From: Rhizaria sp. SCN 62-66
Lineage: Eukaryota
Reading direction: 5' to 3'
Length of the DNA stretch: 54,897 nt
Assembly (NCBI GenBank): GCA_001724265.1
Contig: MEDY01000040.1
Location: 62,001 to 116,897 of the forward strand
Shown here one piece after another: positions 37,801 through 52,036 of this stretch. The number at the start of each line of letters is the position of its first letter. The first letter of the stretch is position 1. A program made the translations under genes and the position numbers. The notes beneath the pieces are model-generated. The model was not told the origin of the DNA. It saw nothing but the letters and a program-made list of their open reading frames with translations, and made no database searches.

Positions 37801-39514
37801 GCGTGACGTCTCACTAATTCAACTCTATTGATATTTATCGCTTTCTCTTCGACTAATTATAGCATTTATGACTGCAGCCAGCACCCAATCGCAGCACCTT
37901 TCGTGTCCCTACTGTCCTCCCTGCTGCTGCTCCCTGTGCAGGCGCTCACAGTCGCTCTCATCGCCGCAACCACACTTGTCCTCGCCCTCGACAGCCTCGC
38001 TCTCGCGATCGTCGCAGCTCTGACCGGCGCGCTGTCCGTCGCGCTCTCGTTGCTGTCGTCGCTGTCGAGCGCGCCCCTGCTGCTCGGCGCCACCTGCGGC
38101 GCGACCGTGATCACGCACTCCGCCGCCGCCGCCGCCGCCGCGGTCGCGGCGACTCTGAGCGCTCCGATGCCGCTGCTGCACCCGAGCCCCTTCGCCGCGC
38201 TGGCGTCCGTGCTCGCCGCCGCGGGCGCCGCCGCGGCCGAGGTGCCCGGGCTTGCCAGAGCCGCGGCGGCGGCGCTGGTGACGGCGCCCCCGAACCAAAT
38301 CTCCATGCTGCTGCTGCACTACCTGCTCACGCTGCTTGCAGTTGCACCGAGCGTTGCGTTGGCGGCCGTGGCTGTTGCCGCGCGGCTGGTGCCAGTGCTG
38401 CTCGCGGTGGCGCTGCGCCTGGCGTCGCTGCCAGCCGCGGTAGCGCTGCTCGTCATGGCCGCCAACAAGCTGCTGCAGGCAGTCGTCGCGGGCGCGGAGC
38501 TCAAGAGAATGCAGTGGCGGGTGCGCAAAAACGCGCGCGCGTATTCTGCACAAAACGGTAGCAGCGGCATTGTTTATAGCATTAGTAACACGAACAGTGC
38601 CAATGCTGACCCTGTGGCGGCCAATGGGCAAGAGCAAGGACCGAGAAAGGGCCGTGCGTTCGAGCTTGTCGCTCTCGATCAACAGGTACGAGTACTCTTT
38701 GCATGATATATCGCATAGAGACAACTTTTATTATAAAATAATACCGTTATTATGTTATTGCTAATTATTTTTTTTGACTTACCTCCTCCTTCTGCTGTGT
38801 TCTTTGTATTGTTATAGGTCGTTCGCCGCACCGCCTCTGCGGCCGCTGTCCAAGAGACCAGGGGCGCATTGCTCGCGCTCTCAGTCATCGCCGCTGCTGC
38901 AGGCCCACTCTCGCTAGTGCAGTTGGCTCGTGGCGTGGCACACAAGCTGCGCCGCCGCTTCAGTACGTCCTTACCCACGGACGCTTTTTTTTGTTGTTGA
39001 AATAATGGACTAAGTGACTTTAAATTGCCGAGTTTTTTTTTTTTCTTCTCTGGGTTTTGCATCATCTCATCGACTATTCTTTGTATTTGTTTTTTATTGC
39101 GTAGATTATCCGGTCAGCTTCGATATTCGTCACGCCTTGTCGACCCTGTTGGGTGTCCGTGCGATCGCCCTCGATGAGACTCCCGCCGCCGCAGTCGAAA
39201 CCGCCGCGAATGGCCCCGACGTTGCTGCAACTGGCCGCAACGCGGGCGGTGCGTCATTAGCGCGCGGCCGCACTGCACAGTTGAGCCTCGACGATATTCC
39301 TGGTCTCAAACCCTCCCGGCCCAATGGCAGCGCGAATGGCGATGATCAGGGTCCCAACGGGAGCCGGAGTGATAGCAAGAACAAGAACACTGCTGCTGGC
39401 GCTGGTGAGTCGGATGTAGCTGGCTCGAGGGTTGTGGTCACTGCACTGCCACTCGCGAGTGTTGTGCACGAGTTGGAGCAGCAGCTCAAGGCTGTCGGGC
39501 TTATCGACGGATAA
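25858..39514 (+). CDS. Giant (~4,400 aa) low-complexity membrane protein, probable hyper-expanded DUF3754/TMEM143 family member; exons 25858-37709, 37878-38685, 38818-38962, 39105-39514; in-frame TAG at 31021-31023
   Basis: ORFs 25834-31023 and 31045-37740 share a frame and are joined by one TAG. Three GTAC..YAG introns continue the frame to TAA. The C-terminus QETRGALLALSVI..PLSL.QL......RRRFNYPVSFDIRHALSTL..VTALPL..V..EL resembles the DUF3754 C-terminal pattern. The gene structure is fairly secure; the family call is tentative. Confidence 0.6.
26437..26496 (+). repeat. Near-perfect 30-nt in-frame tandem duplication (NCPGSVSTSA / NCPGSPSTSA)
   Basis: aattgcccgggcagtgtcagtacctctgcc followed by aattgcccgggcagtccgagtacctctgcc. 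Confidence 0.9.
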
Positions 39515-39818
39515 GCATCGTCGCGTCGCACAAGTTTTTATTGGCACATCATATTTTATATAGATTTTTAAAAACAGCATATGAACATCAGCGAGAAGTA
39601 AATTATACAAAAATTGAAGATTAATATGTCCAGAAAAAAATATTTTTTGTATCATTGCGATAATCCCCATAATCAGTACCTAAAGAACAGGCGTAAGAAG
39701 CGGCCATAACGTGGCATCTGAAATCATGCTTTACTTATAGCCACCACTTGCTAGCAATCATGCAAATACAACGGTTTAGCCCGCGCAAAATCGCTGCAAG
39801 TGTTGTGTCACAGTCACT

Positions 39819-42040
<2,222 letters not shown>

Positions 42041-42872
42041 CTCTGTTGAAGGCCAACCAAAAGGTCTGCGAGGGGGGCAGAATACGGTAGCAAGGGAAGA
42101 AAATAACAAAGGGCAAGAAATTAAGCATACTAAAAAAAACAGAAATCGAGCTGTATCTCACTTTGACGAATGAATTAAGATCAAACCAATGTTGTCAAAT
42201 CCCCCAACCGTTGAAGGCCCGTTCAAAGCGGAGCAGCGACCAAGCCCACGGTCACCAGACCGACTCAGAAAGTAAGCCTGCTGTGTGAGTGCCTCGAGCC
42301 AACTTTCGAAGAGGATATGTGCATGCTATGTTGGTTGATTTAGTCAGAATGACACTGATACCTTGGTGAAAGGTGTTTTATTATATAAATGATAAAGTAT
42401 ATCCCTCCTCAGTTCTTTCTAGCGCCGGCCCGCGCATTGTGGGTTTCGCGTGTTGCTACCGCGCGTGTGTGTGGCCACACAATCTGCATCGCTCCCCGAG
42501 CGGTCATGTCCTGTCCTCCGCAGCTCCAATACGGACTTGGAACGCCTGGATAGCAACTTCAAGTATCCTACATCGCGCTCAGTTATTAAATCCTACCATA
42601 CTACGCTCTCTCATGTCCTATTCCATCTTTCTCGCTCGTGCTCTCCTTCTCTGGCCCTCTTCGTCATCACACGCGCGCGCCCGCCTCTGTCGCAGCAGCC
42701 GTTCACACTCTCCGTCCTTGTTTCTACACGAACACTCACGGCTTGCGCTAGACTTAGCTCGCCTACTTTTCGTCGTCCACCCTACCGCCGTCTCGCTCGA
42801 CGTCTCGGCCCCAGCCCTCCACTCTCACCTCACACACCTCACGCTGAGCCGACAAACTGACTGCACGCACAC

Positions 42873-45845
42873 ATGTCTAACCATCTCCTGCGCTCCCCGC
42901 GCAGCAGCACCACCGCGGGCGCCACCTCCGCTACTTCCTCCGGCCGTGCGTCCCCGCTCCTGCCGCGCTCCCCCTCGGGCCACACTAGCAACAACGGCAA
43001 CAACAGCACCAGCAACCCGGCCGCGTCGTCCGACGACGACACCTTCGACGAGGCCGCATTCGTCAAGGCGCGCGCCATCGAGCGCCTCCGCGAGGCCGCT
43101 GCGCTGCGCGTTGGCCGCGACGCCATAAGCTCGCTCGGTGCGGCGATCGCACACACCATCACCGCCCGCGCCGCCGCCGACCCCGCCGCCGCCGCCGCCG
43201 CCGCCTCGGTCGGCGCTACGACTTCCGCCTCTGCCGCCGCCGCCGCAGCCGTAGCGGGCTCGAACGCCGCCCTGGGCGCCGCGGACGCACATCGGCAGCG
43301 CGAGCTGGAGGAGGACTCGATCTTCAACCGCTCATCCCGCCTCTCGTCGCTGCTCGCTAAGCGGTCTACGCGCGAGCAGCTCTACTCGAACAACATCCTC
43401 CGCGGCGGCGCGGGCCGCGTGCCGGGCGCGCCCCCCGTGGCGGCGAGCCTCATCGCGTCCCAGGAGAGCCTGGTGCGCGAGCAGCGCCGCAACCGCCTGG
43501 CGTCGCTGCTGGCTTCCCGCTCCGACGCCGCTACGCTGGCCAGCGCGCGCATCCTGCTGACTCACGAGGAGGCTTACGCGACGCACGACTCGCACGTGCG
43601 CTCGCGCGCGTCGCTGGGCGCGCTGCTGGCGGAGCGGCCCTCGCGCGAGGCGTTGTATGCGAGGCAGCTTCTCAGCCCCGCCGCCGTGGACCTCGAGCTC
43701 GACCTCGCTGTCATGGCCGGACACACCGGCGCTGGTAACAACAACAACAACAGTTGCACGAGTGGTACTGCTGTTTCTGCTGCACCGGTGTCGGCTGCGG
43801 CCGCTGCTGCTGCTGCCGCCGCGTCCGCCGCCGCCGCCTCAGCCGCCTCGGCCATGTTTCAGCCCTCGATGCGCCTCGTACCCCTGAGCGAGAGTAGCAA
43901 TGGCAACGGCGGTGTGGTGGGCGTATCGTGCGGGTGGGGCCACACGCTGCTGCAGCATGCGGACGGCTCCGTCACCGCGTTCGGCACCCCCGCCAACGGC
44001 CGCCTGGGCTTATCCGGTGCCGAGGTGGACGCGGCGCTCGCTGCCTCCCTCGCTGCCGCCACCACCGCCGTCGACGCTACTGCCGCTGACACGGCTGCTG
44101 CTGGGATCGATAAAGAGACTATCGCCGCGATGGTGCGCGCCGCTGCCAATGACGTCATGGTGCCTGCTCCCGTCGGCGCCTTCTCCGCCTCCGCCTCTGC
44201 CGCTGCCTCTGCCTCTAGCGACGCCACCGCTGTGGTGGGGCCGGTCAAGTGCGTCGTCTCCGGCGACGCACACAGCGCGGCCATCAGCGCCAAGGACGGC
44301 GCGCTCTACACCTGGGGCACGGGCGTGTGGGGGCGGCTCGGTCTCGGGCTCGCCGACCAGGCGGACACGGCCGCGCCCACCAAGGTCACCCTCCTCGTCC
44401 CACCCCCCTCTGCGGCCGCTGCCGGTGATGCATCCAAAGCCGCCGCTGCGGCCGCCTCTGCCTCTTCAGAGGACTTGCCGCCGCAGTGGGTCGAGTCCCC
44501 CGCCGTGTGCGTCTCAGCAGGCGCGGCACACACCCTCGTGCTGACGGCGTCTGGCCACGTGCTGGCGTTCGGCTGGAACAAGAACGGCCGCCTCGGCGTG
44601 TCCCCCGCCGACGTCACCGCCGCGGCACACGCGCGCGCGCTTCACGATGCCCTCGCCGCCGCCGTCGCCGAGTCCGCCGCCAGTGACGGCGGGCTCATGT
44701 CACCCGGTTCCCCTGCCTCGGCCACCGCGGCGGCTATGGCGGGCGCCGTCGCCGCGGCGGCGCTGCAGCCCGCGTCCGCGCTGTCGATCACGATCCCTGT
44801 GGTCGTCGCCGCGCTGCCGCCTTCTCTCGCGCTTGTGGGCGTCGCCGCGGGCGAGGCCGCCAGCGCGGCCTGGGACGCCAACGGCAACGTCTGGCTCTGG
44901 GGCGCCGGGATGAAGCCGCTGACCTCGTCCACCGCAGTCGCGGACGCCGCCGCGCTCGCCGCCGCCGCCGCCGCCATCAAGCCCGCCGCCGCCGCCGCCG
45001 CCGCCCCGGCCGCAGCCCCCGTCGCTGTTGCTGCTGCTCCTGTTGCCGCTGCGACTGCGCAGTTGTCACCCACGCTGGGCAAGCGCAGCTCCGGCTCCCT
45101 GCGCCAGCTCGCCGCCGAGCGCGCCGCCGGCGGCCTCGGCGGCGGGCTCGGCGCGAGCCTCCACAGCGCCGCCGCCCCTGCGGCCTCCGGCGTCGCCGGC
45201 AGCGGCGGCGCCGGCGCTGGCAGCTTCGCCCGCTCTGGCACCGTGGGCGTGGGCAGTCAGGACGTGTTGGTGCCCGTGCGCGCCGCGGCGCTGGCCCGCT
45301 GGCGCGTGTCGGCGCTGTCGTTGGCGACCTACCACGGCGCCGCACTGACGCATGACGGCCGCGTCCTCACCTGGGGCAGTGACAAGGACGGCCAGCTCGC
45401 CCGCGCGCCCCAGGGCAACACCGCCGCGGGAACAGTCTTGAGTGCCGCAGTCACGAGTACGGGCTTCAACCCGCCCGCGGAAGTCTCGCTGGGCGAGGCG
45501 GCTGTTTACGCGGGCGACGCGGCGGCGAGTGTGCTGGCCAGCAAGTCCGCGACCGTGGTCGTCACTCGGCGCGGACAACTGCTTGCGGCGGGCAAGTCCG
45601 GCCGCGGCCTGCTGGGGCTCTCGGCCGCGCCGGGCTGCGGCGACCGCGTGTGCGCGCTCACGGCCGTGCCGCTGCCCGCCGACGCGGCGGCGCGGGGCCG
45701 CATTTGGCGCGCTGCGGCCGCCAGCTGGGGCCACATCGTCGGCTGCGATGATGAGGGCAGCGTGTACACGGCGGGCACGGCGGCGCAGGGCAAGCTCGGG
45801 TACTTCGTGCTCAACGCTAAAGCGGGCGGGGTGGTGGCCAACTGA
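42873..45845 (+). CDS. RCC1-repeat (beta-propeller) protein with three N-terminal RPEL-like repeats; single exon, 990 aa
   Basis: RCC1 blades VSCGWGHTLL..DGSV.AFG....GRLG, SGDAHSAAIS.DGALYTWG.G.WGRLGLG, SAGAAHTLVLTASGHVLAFGWNKNGRLG and YHGAALTHDGRVLTWGSDKDGQL. RPEL-like units at ~43330-43675. Ends in TGA. Confidence 0.85.
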   Translation: MSNHLLRSPRSSTTAGATSATSSGRASPLLPRSPSGHTSNNGNNSTSNPAASSDDDTFDEAAFVKARAIERLREAAALRVGRDAISSLGAAIAHTITARAAADPAAAAAAASVGATTSASAAAAAAVAGSNAALGAADAHRQRELEEDSIFNRSSRLSSLLAKRSTREQLYSNNILRGGAGRVPGAPPVAASLIASQESLVREQRRNRLASLLASRSDAATLASARILLTHEEAYATHDSHVRSRASLGALLAERPSREALYARQLLSPAAVDLELDLAVMAGHTGAGNNNNNSCTSGTAVSAAPVSAAAAAAAAAASAAAASAASAMFQPSMRLVPLSESSNGNGGVVGVSCGWGHTLLQHADGSVTAFGTPANGRLGLSGAEVDAALAASLAAATTAVDATAADTAAAGIDKETIAAMVRAAANDVMVPAPVGAFSASASAAASASSDATAVVGPVKCVVSGDAHSAAISAKDGALYTWGTGVWGRLGLGLADQADTAAPTKVTLLVPPPSAAAAGDASKAAAAAASASSEDLPPQWVESPAVCVSAGAAHTLVLTASGHVLAFGWNKNGRLGVSPADVTAAAHARALHDALAAAVAESAASDGGLMSPGSPASATAAAMAGAVAAAALQPASALSITIPVVVAALPPSLALVGVAAGEAASAAWDANGNVWLWGAGMKPLTSSTAVADAAALAAAAAAIKPAAAAAAAPAAAPVAVAAAPVAAATAQLSPTLGKRSSGSLRQLAAERAAGGLGGGLGASLHSAAAPAASGVAGSGGAGAGSFARSGTVGVGSQDVLVPVRAAALARWRVSALSLATYHGAALTHDGRVLTWGSDKDGQLARAPQGNTAAGTVLSAAVTSTGFNPPAEVSLGEAAVYAGDAAASVLASKSATVVVTRRGQLLAAGKSGRGLLGLSAAPGCGDRVCALTAVPLPADAAARGRIWRAAAASWGHIVGCDDEGSVYTAGTAAQGKLGYFVLNAKAGGVVAN

Positions 45846-48262
45846 GGCCGCCGCGCTACTGCGAGGGCGTCTGCAGAGCAGAGCAGAGTTACGTCGCACT
45901 TTGTGTGAGAAGGATGGGTGTGTCCGTGTGATGGATGCGGCAGTGTGGTGTGAATCAAGAGTAAAGAGTAAGCTTAAAGAGTAATCGCGAGGAGTGCGTG
46001 CATGTGGGTGGGGAAATTAGAGAAAGTGCATGTTGATCCTCTTCTTCTGTATAGTTGTATGATGCGTTTCTTGTCTGGTTGGTGGTGTGTTTGGGTAAAG
46101 TGTATAACGATGACGATTGTATGTGTCATATGGATGACCTTCTTTTGTGTTTGGATTTTGTTGACTGATGAGAATTATGTTTGCTTTTAATAAGTGCGTG
46201 TTTTCTGTGTTTGATTGATGTCTATTGAGGGCATTTGCCGATGTATATATATACATGTGCACATGCACGCAAGCAAATACATTACTTCGCATGGTAACAA
46301 CCCGTATTACAGTCATACTAGTTGACGACGAAGTGCACATAATGTCGTTGATGCGGAGAATTACGGAACACACTAGTGTGTTGATGTGTAGCCTAAAGAG
46401 AAGTTGTATGCGTGTGGGTTGATATGAGAAGTTAGTTGTCTTGGTTATTGCATGGAGATACAAAAGGTGTACCACCGTGTCGTTGGGAATGCATAATGCA
46501 CTTAGTGATGAGGTGATTGATAGAGGACGTAGATGCGATGGGCAGTCAAAGGCCACGACTGGCCATCGCCTCTAGGAATCAGAGGGCAGCAATCACAGTT
46601 AAAATGAAGTGCATGTACAGCGCACACGAAGCGAAAATAGTTATAGAAATCAACAACGAGTAAGCATGTGTTAGCATTGCATGTAGTTACATTGCGTGTA
46701 AGTATACACACAAACGCCAACACAAGTGTCCTCGGTGAGACTAGGTCACGACTCATAAAAAATGAACAAAAGGATGGCGTACGTACAAGAAGTAGTACGT
46801 GCGCAGAAATGAACAAAGTCGTCGATTTAGCATGCCAGAGAAAGTTGACGTGCGCAGAACGCGAAGCTGAGGAAAGACGGAGAAGACACAAAAGAAGCAA
46901 ACACGATGTGACGAAGGCTTCTGATTGGCACGTACAAAAAAATGTAATAGTGATATTACTATTCACTCAATAGTAGTGTCAACAGTCAGGGAGAGCACAA
47001 GGAGTAAGAGAGAGTGAAAACAAGTAGTTGATAAAATAACACAGGCCGTTGTACTGAATGAAATAATAGAGCGAAAATATCACATTCAAGGGGCACATGC
47101 AGAAAGAAATGCAGCAAAGCAATACAGTCAGTAATATAAAGTCCGGGTTCCCTCCGAGGCGCGCGGAAATTAGAGAAGGCGGATATGAGATCAAAGAAAG
47201 CTCGAAAAATGAAGGCGATCTTTGTTAGTAAAGCAAGATGAATACGAATATTAACTATTAACTATTAACAATTAACTAACAAATTTACTAATTTCATATA
47301 TCCTGCGTATAGAGCATACGATAGTACGAGGTACAGCTACTACAGTGAAGATCGGGACGGAAAGGGATGAGTACTCGTGAAAGAAAGGCAGCAAAGTCCA
47401 TGCCGCGTGACTAAACGACAAACAAATCGCTTGAACAACACAAGAAAGATATACAGTATCGTGAATAAGATCGAATGAAAAATAGAAGAGAATCATCAAT
47501 AAGACAAGAAAGTGTGAACGACACAATTGTTCGCGGCACAGCCGAGATGAGAAGAGAGACATGACTCTGACGGGATTGGCTGACTCGTAAGTGACGCAAA
47601 TCCAAGAAATTGAGTGTCGACTAGATGTTCTCGGAAAAGTACGTCGCGTTGTGCGCGTTCTCTCACGCAACAGAAACTCTCATGAACAGGCATCGATATG
47701 AAAGCGCAAAAAGATACACCGTGATGAGCAGCGTTTGCTGGCTGTGATTGGCGACATTATATTATTGACGACGATCGAAGAGGAGACACAGAGACAGACA
47801 AAAGAAAAAGAGAAACATAAGCAGCAAAATACGTAAGATGCAGCAAGTGCGAGTGCTATATATACGTAAGAATATTCAAGACAAAATACGACGATTGATG
47901 ACTCACTTCCAGAAAAAAAGCAAGCGAGTTCATCACCAAAACAGTGTTAATACTACTTACGTACATAAGATAAACGACAGAACGTAGAAACAAAAAAAGA
48001 AACACAGACAGAAGAAAGAAAACCACAGTTCAAAAACATTAAGTTGTGATGATGTGAGGGATACGACCCAAATCCTTCCGCAGTAGTATCATTTTGGATG
48101 CGGATAGTAATAGATATGCGCGTAGAACAGTGAAAAATAGCACACGCGCCAAGCGAAGCGACAATCACGATGAGTTGGTAAACTAAAGAAAATGGACATT
48201 CGCAACTAAGGATAGATGTGTGTGCAGAATCAGTCGACAGTTGCTTGAGAATGACCAATAAG

Positions 48263-48546
48263 TTACGGCCAGTAATTCTTCCTCGCACTGTCGTCATCAC
48301 CGTTGGCACCGTTCGCGCCGTTGCCATTGCCGTTGCCGCGGTTACCGCGGTTGGCACCGTTGGCAACGTCATCGGTGGCGTCGGCAGCGGCGCCGTTAGG
48401 ATTGACGTCGGGGTTGGGGGGGAGAGGCTGCAGACCGGCGAGCGGGTTCGTCACATGGTCGGAGTGCAGGAAGCGGTGATCGACCACGTAGCGCCTGCCG
48501 CCCGGGGCGTTGCCGAACTGGCACTGGAGGGCGGCGAGGTCTACTG

Positions 48547-48614
<68 letters not shown>

Positions 48615-51600
48615 GCCTTCTTTCCCCGGGGCTTGCCACCGGCACCGCCGCCACCGCCGCCGCCGTCGCCGTCGGGCGTCGAGGGCCACATGTGGCACCA
48701 ATACCAGCTCAGCATGTCGGCGAAGCGCGGGAAGAATAGCGCCCGCGAGCCCACCTCGCCGCCAGCGCAGTCGCTGCGACTGTCGGCCGGCATCAGCGTG
48801 AGCACCTCCGCATCGAGCGGACACCCCGTCCAGTCGATGCGGTACGTCAGGATGCGCATGGCCTTGACCACGCGCAGCCGCTCCTCAGCCGAGTGCGCCG
48901 CGAGGCCCGACGTGTGGCGCACAATGTCGTGCAGATACCCGCCGTGGCCGTCATCGCGGCACTCGTCGCACTGCTCGGCGGTGAGCGCCGCGGGCGCGGC
49001 CGGCGCGGCGGCCGCGGCGCGGCGGCCGCGGGAGTTGCTACGGCTCCCGGTGCGGCTGCGGTCGCGGCTGCCGCTGCGGCTGCGGACGGGGACCGGTGCC
49101 AGCAGCAGACCGCCGGAGCTCACGCTCGAGCTGCTCGAGCTGCTCGAGCTGCTCGAGCTGGCGCCCAGTCCAACGGTGCCGCCGGACGCGCGCTGGGGAT
49201 AGGTGGCGTGAGCGTGGCCGGGCGCACCGTGGCCGCCGAGCGCGCCAGGGCCGCCGAACGCGTTATAGTCGTCGTGCACGCCATAGCCGCCGCGCTCGGC
49301 GTGGTCGAGCACGCGCTGGACAGCGCCTGCGTCCTGGGCCAGTGTGATCGCGAGGCTGCGCAGCCGGCGCGCGTCGCTGCCGTAGCCGCCGGGCCCAGGC
49401 GCAGAGTACTCAGCGTCGAGGTTGACGTGGAGAGCGTGCGCCGCGGAAGGGTAGCCGTCGCGGTCGCCGTGGACGACGCAGTGGCAGGCGGTACCGTTGC
49501 TGTTATTGTAAGGAGGCGGCACGCCGTAGTGATCGAGGCAGTGTTCGGTCAGGCTGGCCGCGGGCCCGTTGTAGCAGCCGTGGTCACGGCGCGCGGCGCT
49601 CTCGGAGCCCACCATGAGGCGCTCGGCGTGGCCGTTGATGTGGCACGTAAACCGGTCGTCGTGGGCGAGTATCGCTTCGGCGAACACGGCAAACTTCCAC
49701 GGAATGCCGTTCAGCCAGAGTTCGTTATCGCCGGGAGTGATAGTCTTGGTCGAGGGGTGAAGCAGCCACGTGCGGAAGTGTTTGAAGTACTTCTCGATGG
49801 ACGACTTTTGCATACCCCCGGTGCCATCTTCAGCGTCATTGCCGTCATTGCCGTAGTCGTCGTCGCCGTTGTCGTTGCCGTTCGGCCGCGCCTTCCCCTT
49901 GGGCTTCGAAGCGGGGATATGGCGCAGTCGCGTCCGGGCTTGGATGACGCTGTTGGCTGCGTTCATGTTCGCATTCTGGATCGGACTCGCCTTCGGCGGG
50001 TTGGGCTTCCCGGCCGCCTGCGTCTGCGCCTGTGCCTGTGCATGCGACGGCGACGGCTACAGCTGCGGGCAGAAGCGAGTGTCGGTATGAAAGACCCAGA
50101 ACCGGAGGTAATCCAGTTGCGCAGCCGTGTTGACCGGGGGGTCACGCCGGACAGCACTGGCGCACAAGGCTGCGTTGAGGAGCGGGAACATGGCGAAAAC
50201 AGGGTCGGAGCTCAGGATGCCGCCGCCCCGGTTCCTCGCGCCGCTGTTGGTGGCATTAAGCAGGATCCGCGGCATCACACCGACGAAAATCGCTGCCAGC
50301 ACATCAGACTTGTCCTTGGGCGGACGCCCGCGCTTGAGTTTGCCGATGCCTTCGCCCTCCCCTTCGTCCCCGCCTTCGTCCCAGCCCTCGCTCTTGCCCT
50401 TGCCCTCATCCTTGCCCTTACTATTGCCTTTGCCCTTCAAGCCGCCCTTCTGTTTGCTAGCTTTCGCCCCCGGTTGCGCTGCCGGCGCTGCTGCCGCAGC
50501 CGCTGCGCGGACCGCTAGAGCCGCAGAAAACAATGGCGGTGGCCCACTGACCAGCTCAGCCTGCGAGAGGAAGACTTCGCCCCCAGACCGGGAACCGCAG
50601 CCGCGTCCGAGCGCGTGGGCATGCGCGTGGGCGTGGGCGTGCGCGGCCACCTGGACGCGAGGACTTGGCCCAGGTAAGGGCAGCTGGGATGAGGGGTTAG
50701 CCGATAGGCTGATGGAATGCCCCAGTGAGACACCATGGGGGGCTGCGTAGGCTGTGGAGGCTTTGGAGAAGGCGAAAAGACGCCCAGCTTGATCATGGGT
50801 CTGCCCGGCAGGAATCTGTCCTGCAGCCGCAGCAGCAGCTGCTGCTGCAGCAGCAGCAGCAGCAGCAACAACAGCAGCAGCGCTGTGAATCTGAGCATCG
50901 ATGCCGGAGATTAGGCCGGAGACATGGGAAGCGTAAGGACCGGTGTTGTTATAAGTGCTGTTGAAACCCGTCGCAGCGGCAGCGTTGATAGCGATCGTGC
51001 TACTCGTACTGAAGTTGCTGATGTTGCTGCTCGTGCTGTTATTGTTGCTGAGCGGTGCAGTAAAGCCCTGGTGAGGGACTGTGTCATCGGGGACATGTAG
51101 GCCTGGAACAGGGCCAAGCTGACTACTGATGGTGTTGCTCTCACCGCATAGCTCAACAGCAGCAGCAGCAACATCAGCATATGTATATGCAGGAGCAGAT
51201 GTCAACGCGGTGACAGAGCTAGAGCCTGTGTACGAGGAGGCGTACGACGGAGCGATCGGTGCCAGTCTCGCATTGCCGTGGTCCTGTGGGACAGCACCAT
51301 AGGGGTACTGCTACGCGTCACTCTGAGTGGCGCTACGGTTGATACCCCGCGCGATAGCGGCAGTGGCAGAGTTGTTATGGGGACTGCGGCCGCCGGCAAA
51401 GGCGCCGGCGAAGGCGGAGTCATCGGTGTAGGTGTAGTAGGCGTCGTAGTTATCGGCGGCGCCGCTGTTATTTTGGTAAGCTTTTGTGTTTAGATTTTTT
51501 GATTCTTGGTTATTTGTGGTGTAGTCGCTGTGACTGTTGTTGTATCCTATCGACGCCGCACTCGGCAGCGCCGTCGTCGGCTCCAGCGGTGAGGCAGGCT

Positions 51601-52036
51601 GCGACCGGTCAGACGGGAAGGTCTCATCGTGGGATACCAAGACGTGAGAGTCGGTGACCCGCTGAGAGTGATACAGCCCAAGAGCAGGGCCAGGCGGGGG
51701 AGGGGAGTACAGCGCAGGGGTCGGCGACTGCGACAAGGGCGCCGACTCAGGCTGTTGCGGCGACTGCAGCTGCAACGGTTGCTGCAGCTGTGACCGCTGC
51801 TGCTGCGGCGATAACGATGAGAGCAGGACAGACCGTTTTAAGCCCGACTCTGAGTCCAACTCAGTGGGGCAAAGCCTGTCAAGTCTGCCAGGATCGTTGT
51901 TGTAAGTGTAGAAACGGGAAGTCTTCGCCGCCGGTTGTGGCAAGTCACTACTGGAGTCGTCGTTTAAGTAGTTCGTGAAGTGGTTCGTGGTGTCCCAAGC
52001 CCTCTTCCTTTGCCCGTTGGACCGGTTTTCAGCCAT
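48263..52036 (-). CDS. Uncharacterised AT-hook-containing protein, ~1,257 aa, with two in-frame TAG codons (51313-51311 and 50059-50057)
   Basis: ORFs 51311-52234, 50057-51205 and 48263-49966 share one frame and are separated only by single TAGs, with open coding-like sequence on either side. AT-hook-like KRGRPPK at ~50335-50315. Ends in TAA. Start taken as MAENRSNG (52036). Confidence 0.7.
48548..48613 (-). repeat. Pure (CAG)22 microsatellite encoding poly-Gln
   Basis: Uninterrupted ctg triplet run on the + strand. Confidence 0.92.

Noticed and set aside
45850-48260. ORFs of 60-180 aa in the 2.4-kb AT-rich gap between convergent genes
   Set aside because: UTR-like composition, no codon bias and no motifs. 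I could not recognise any RNA gene or repeat there.
48893-50518. Long antisense or alternative-frame ORFs (this 541-aa one and many others in the track)
   Set aside because: These are shadows of GC-rich, triplet-repetitive exons, with poly-Leu/Cys/Arg translations and no recognisable motifs.
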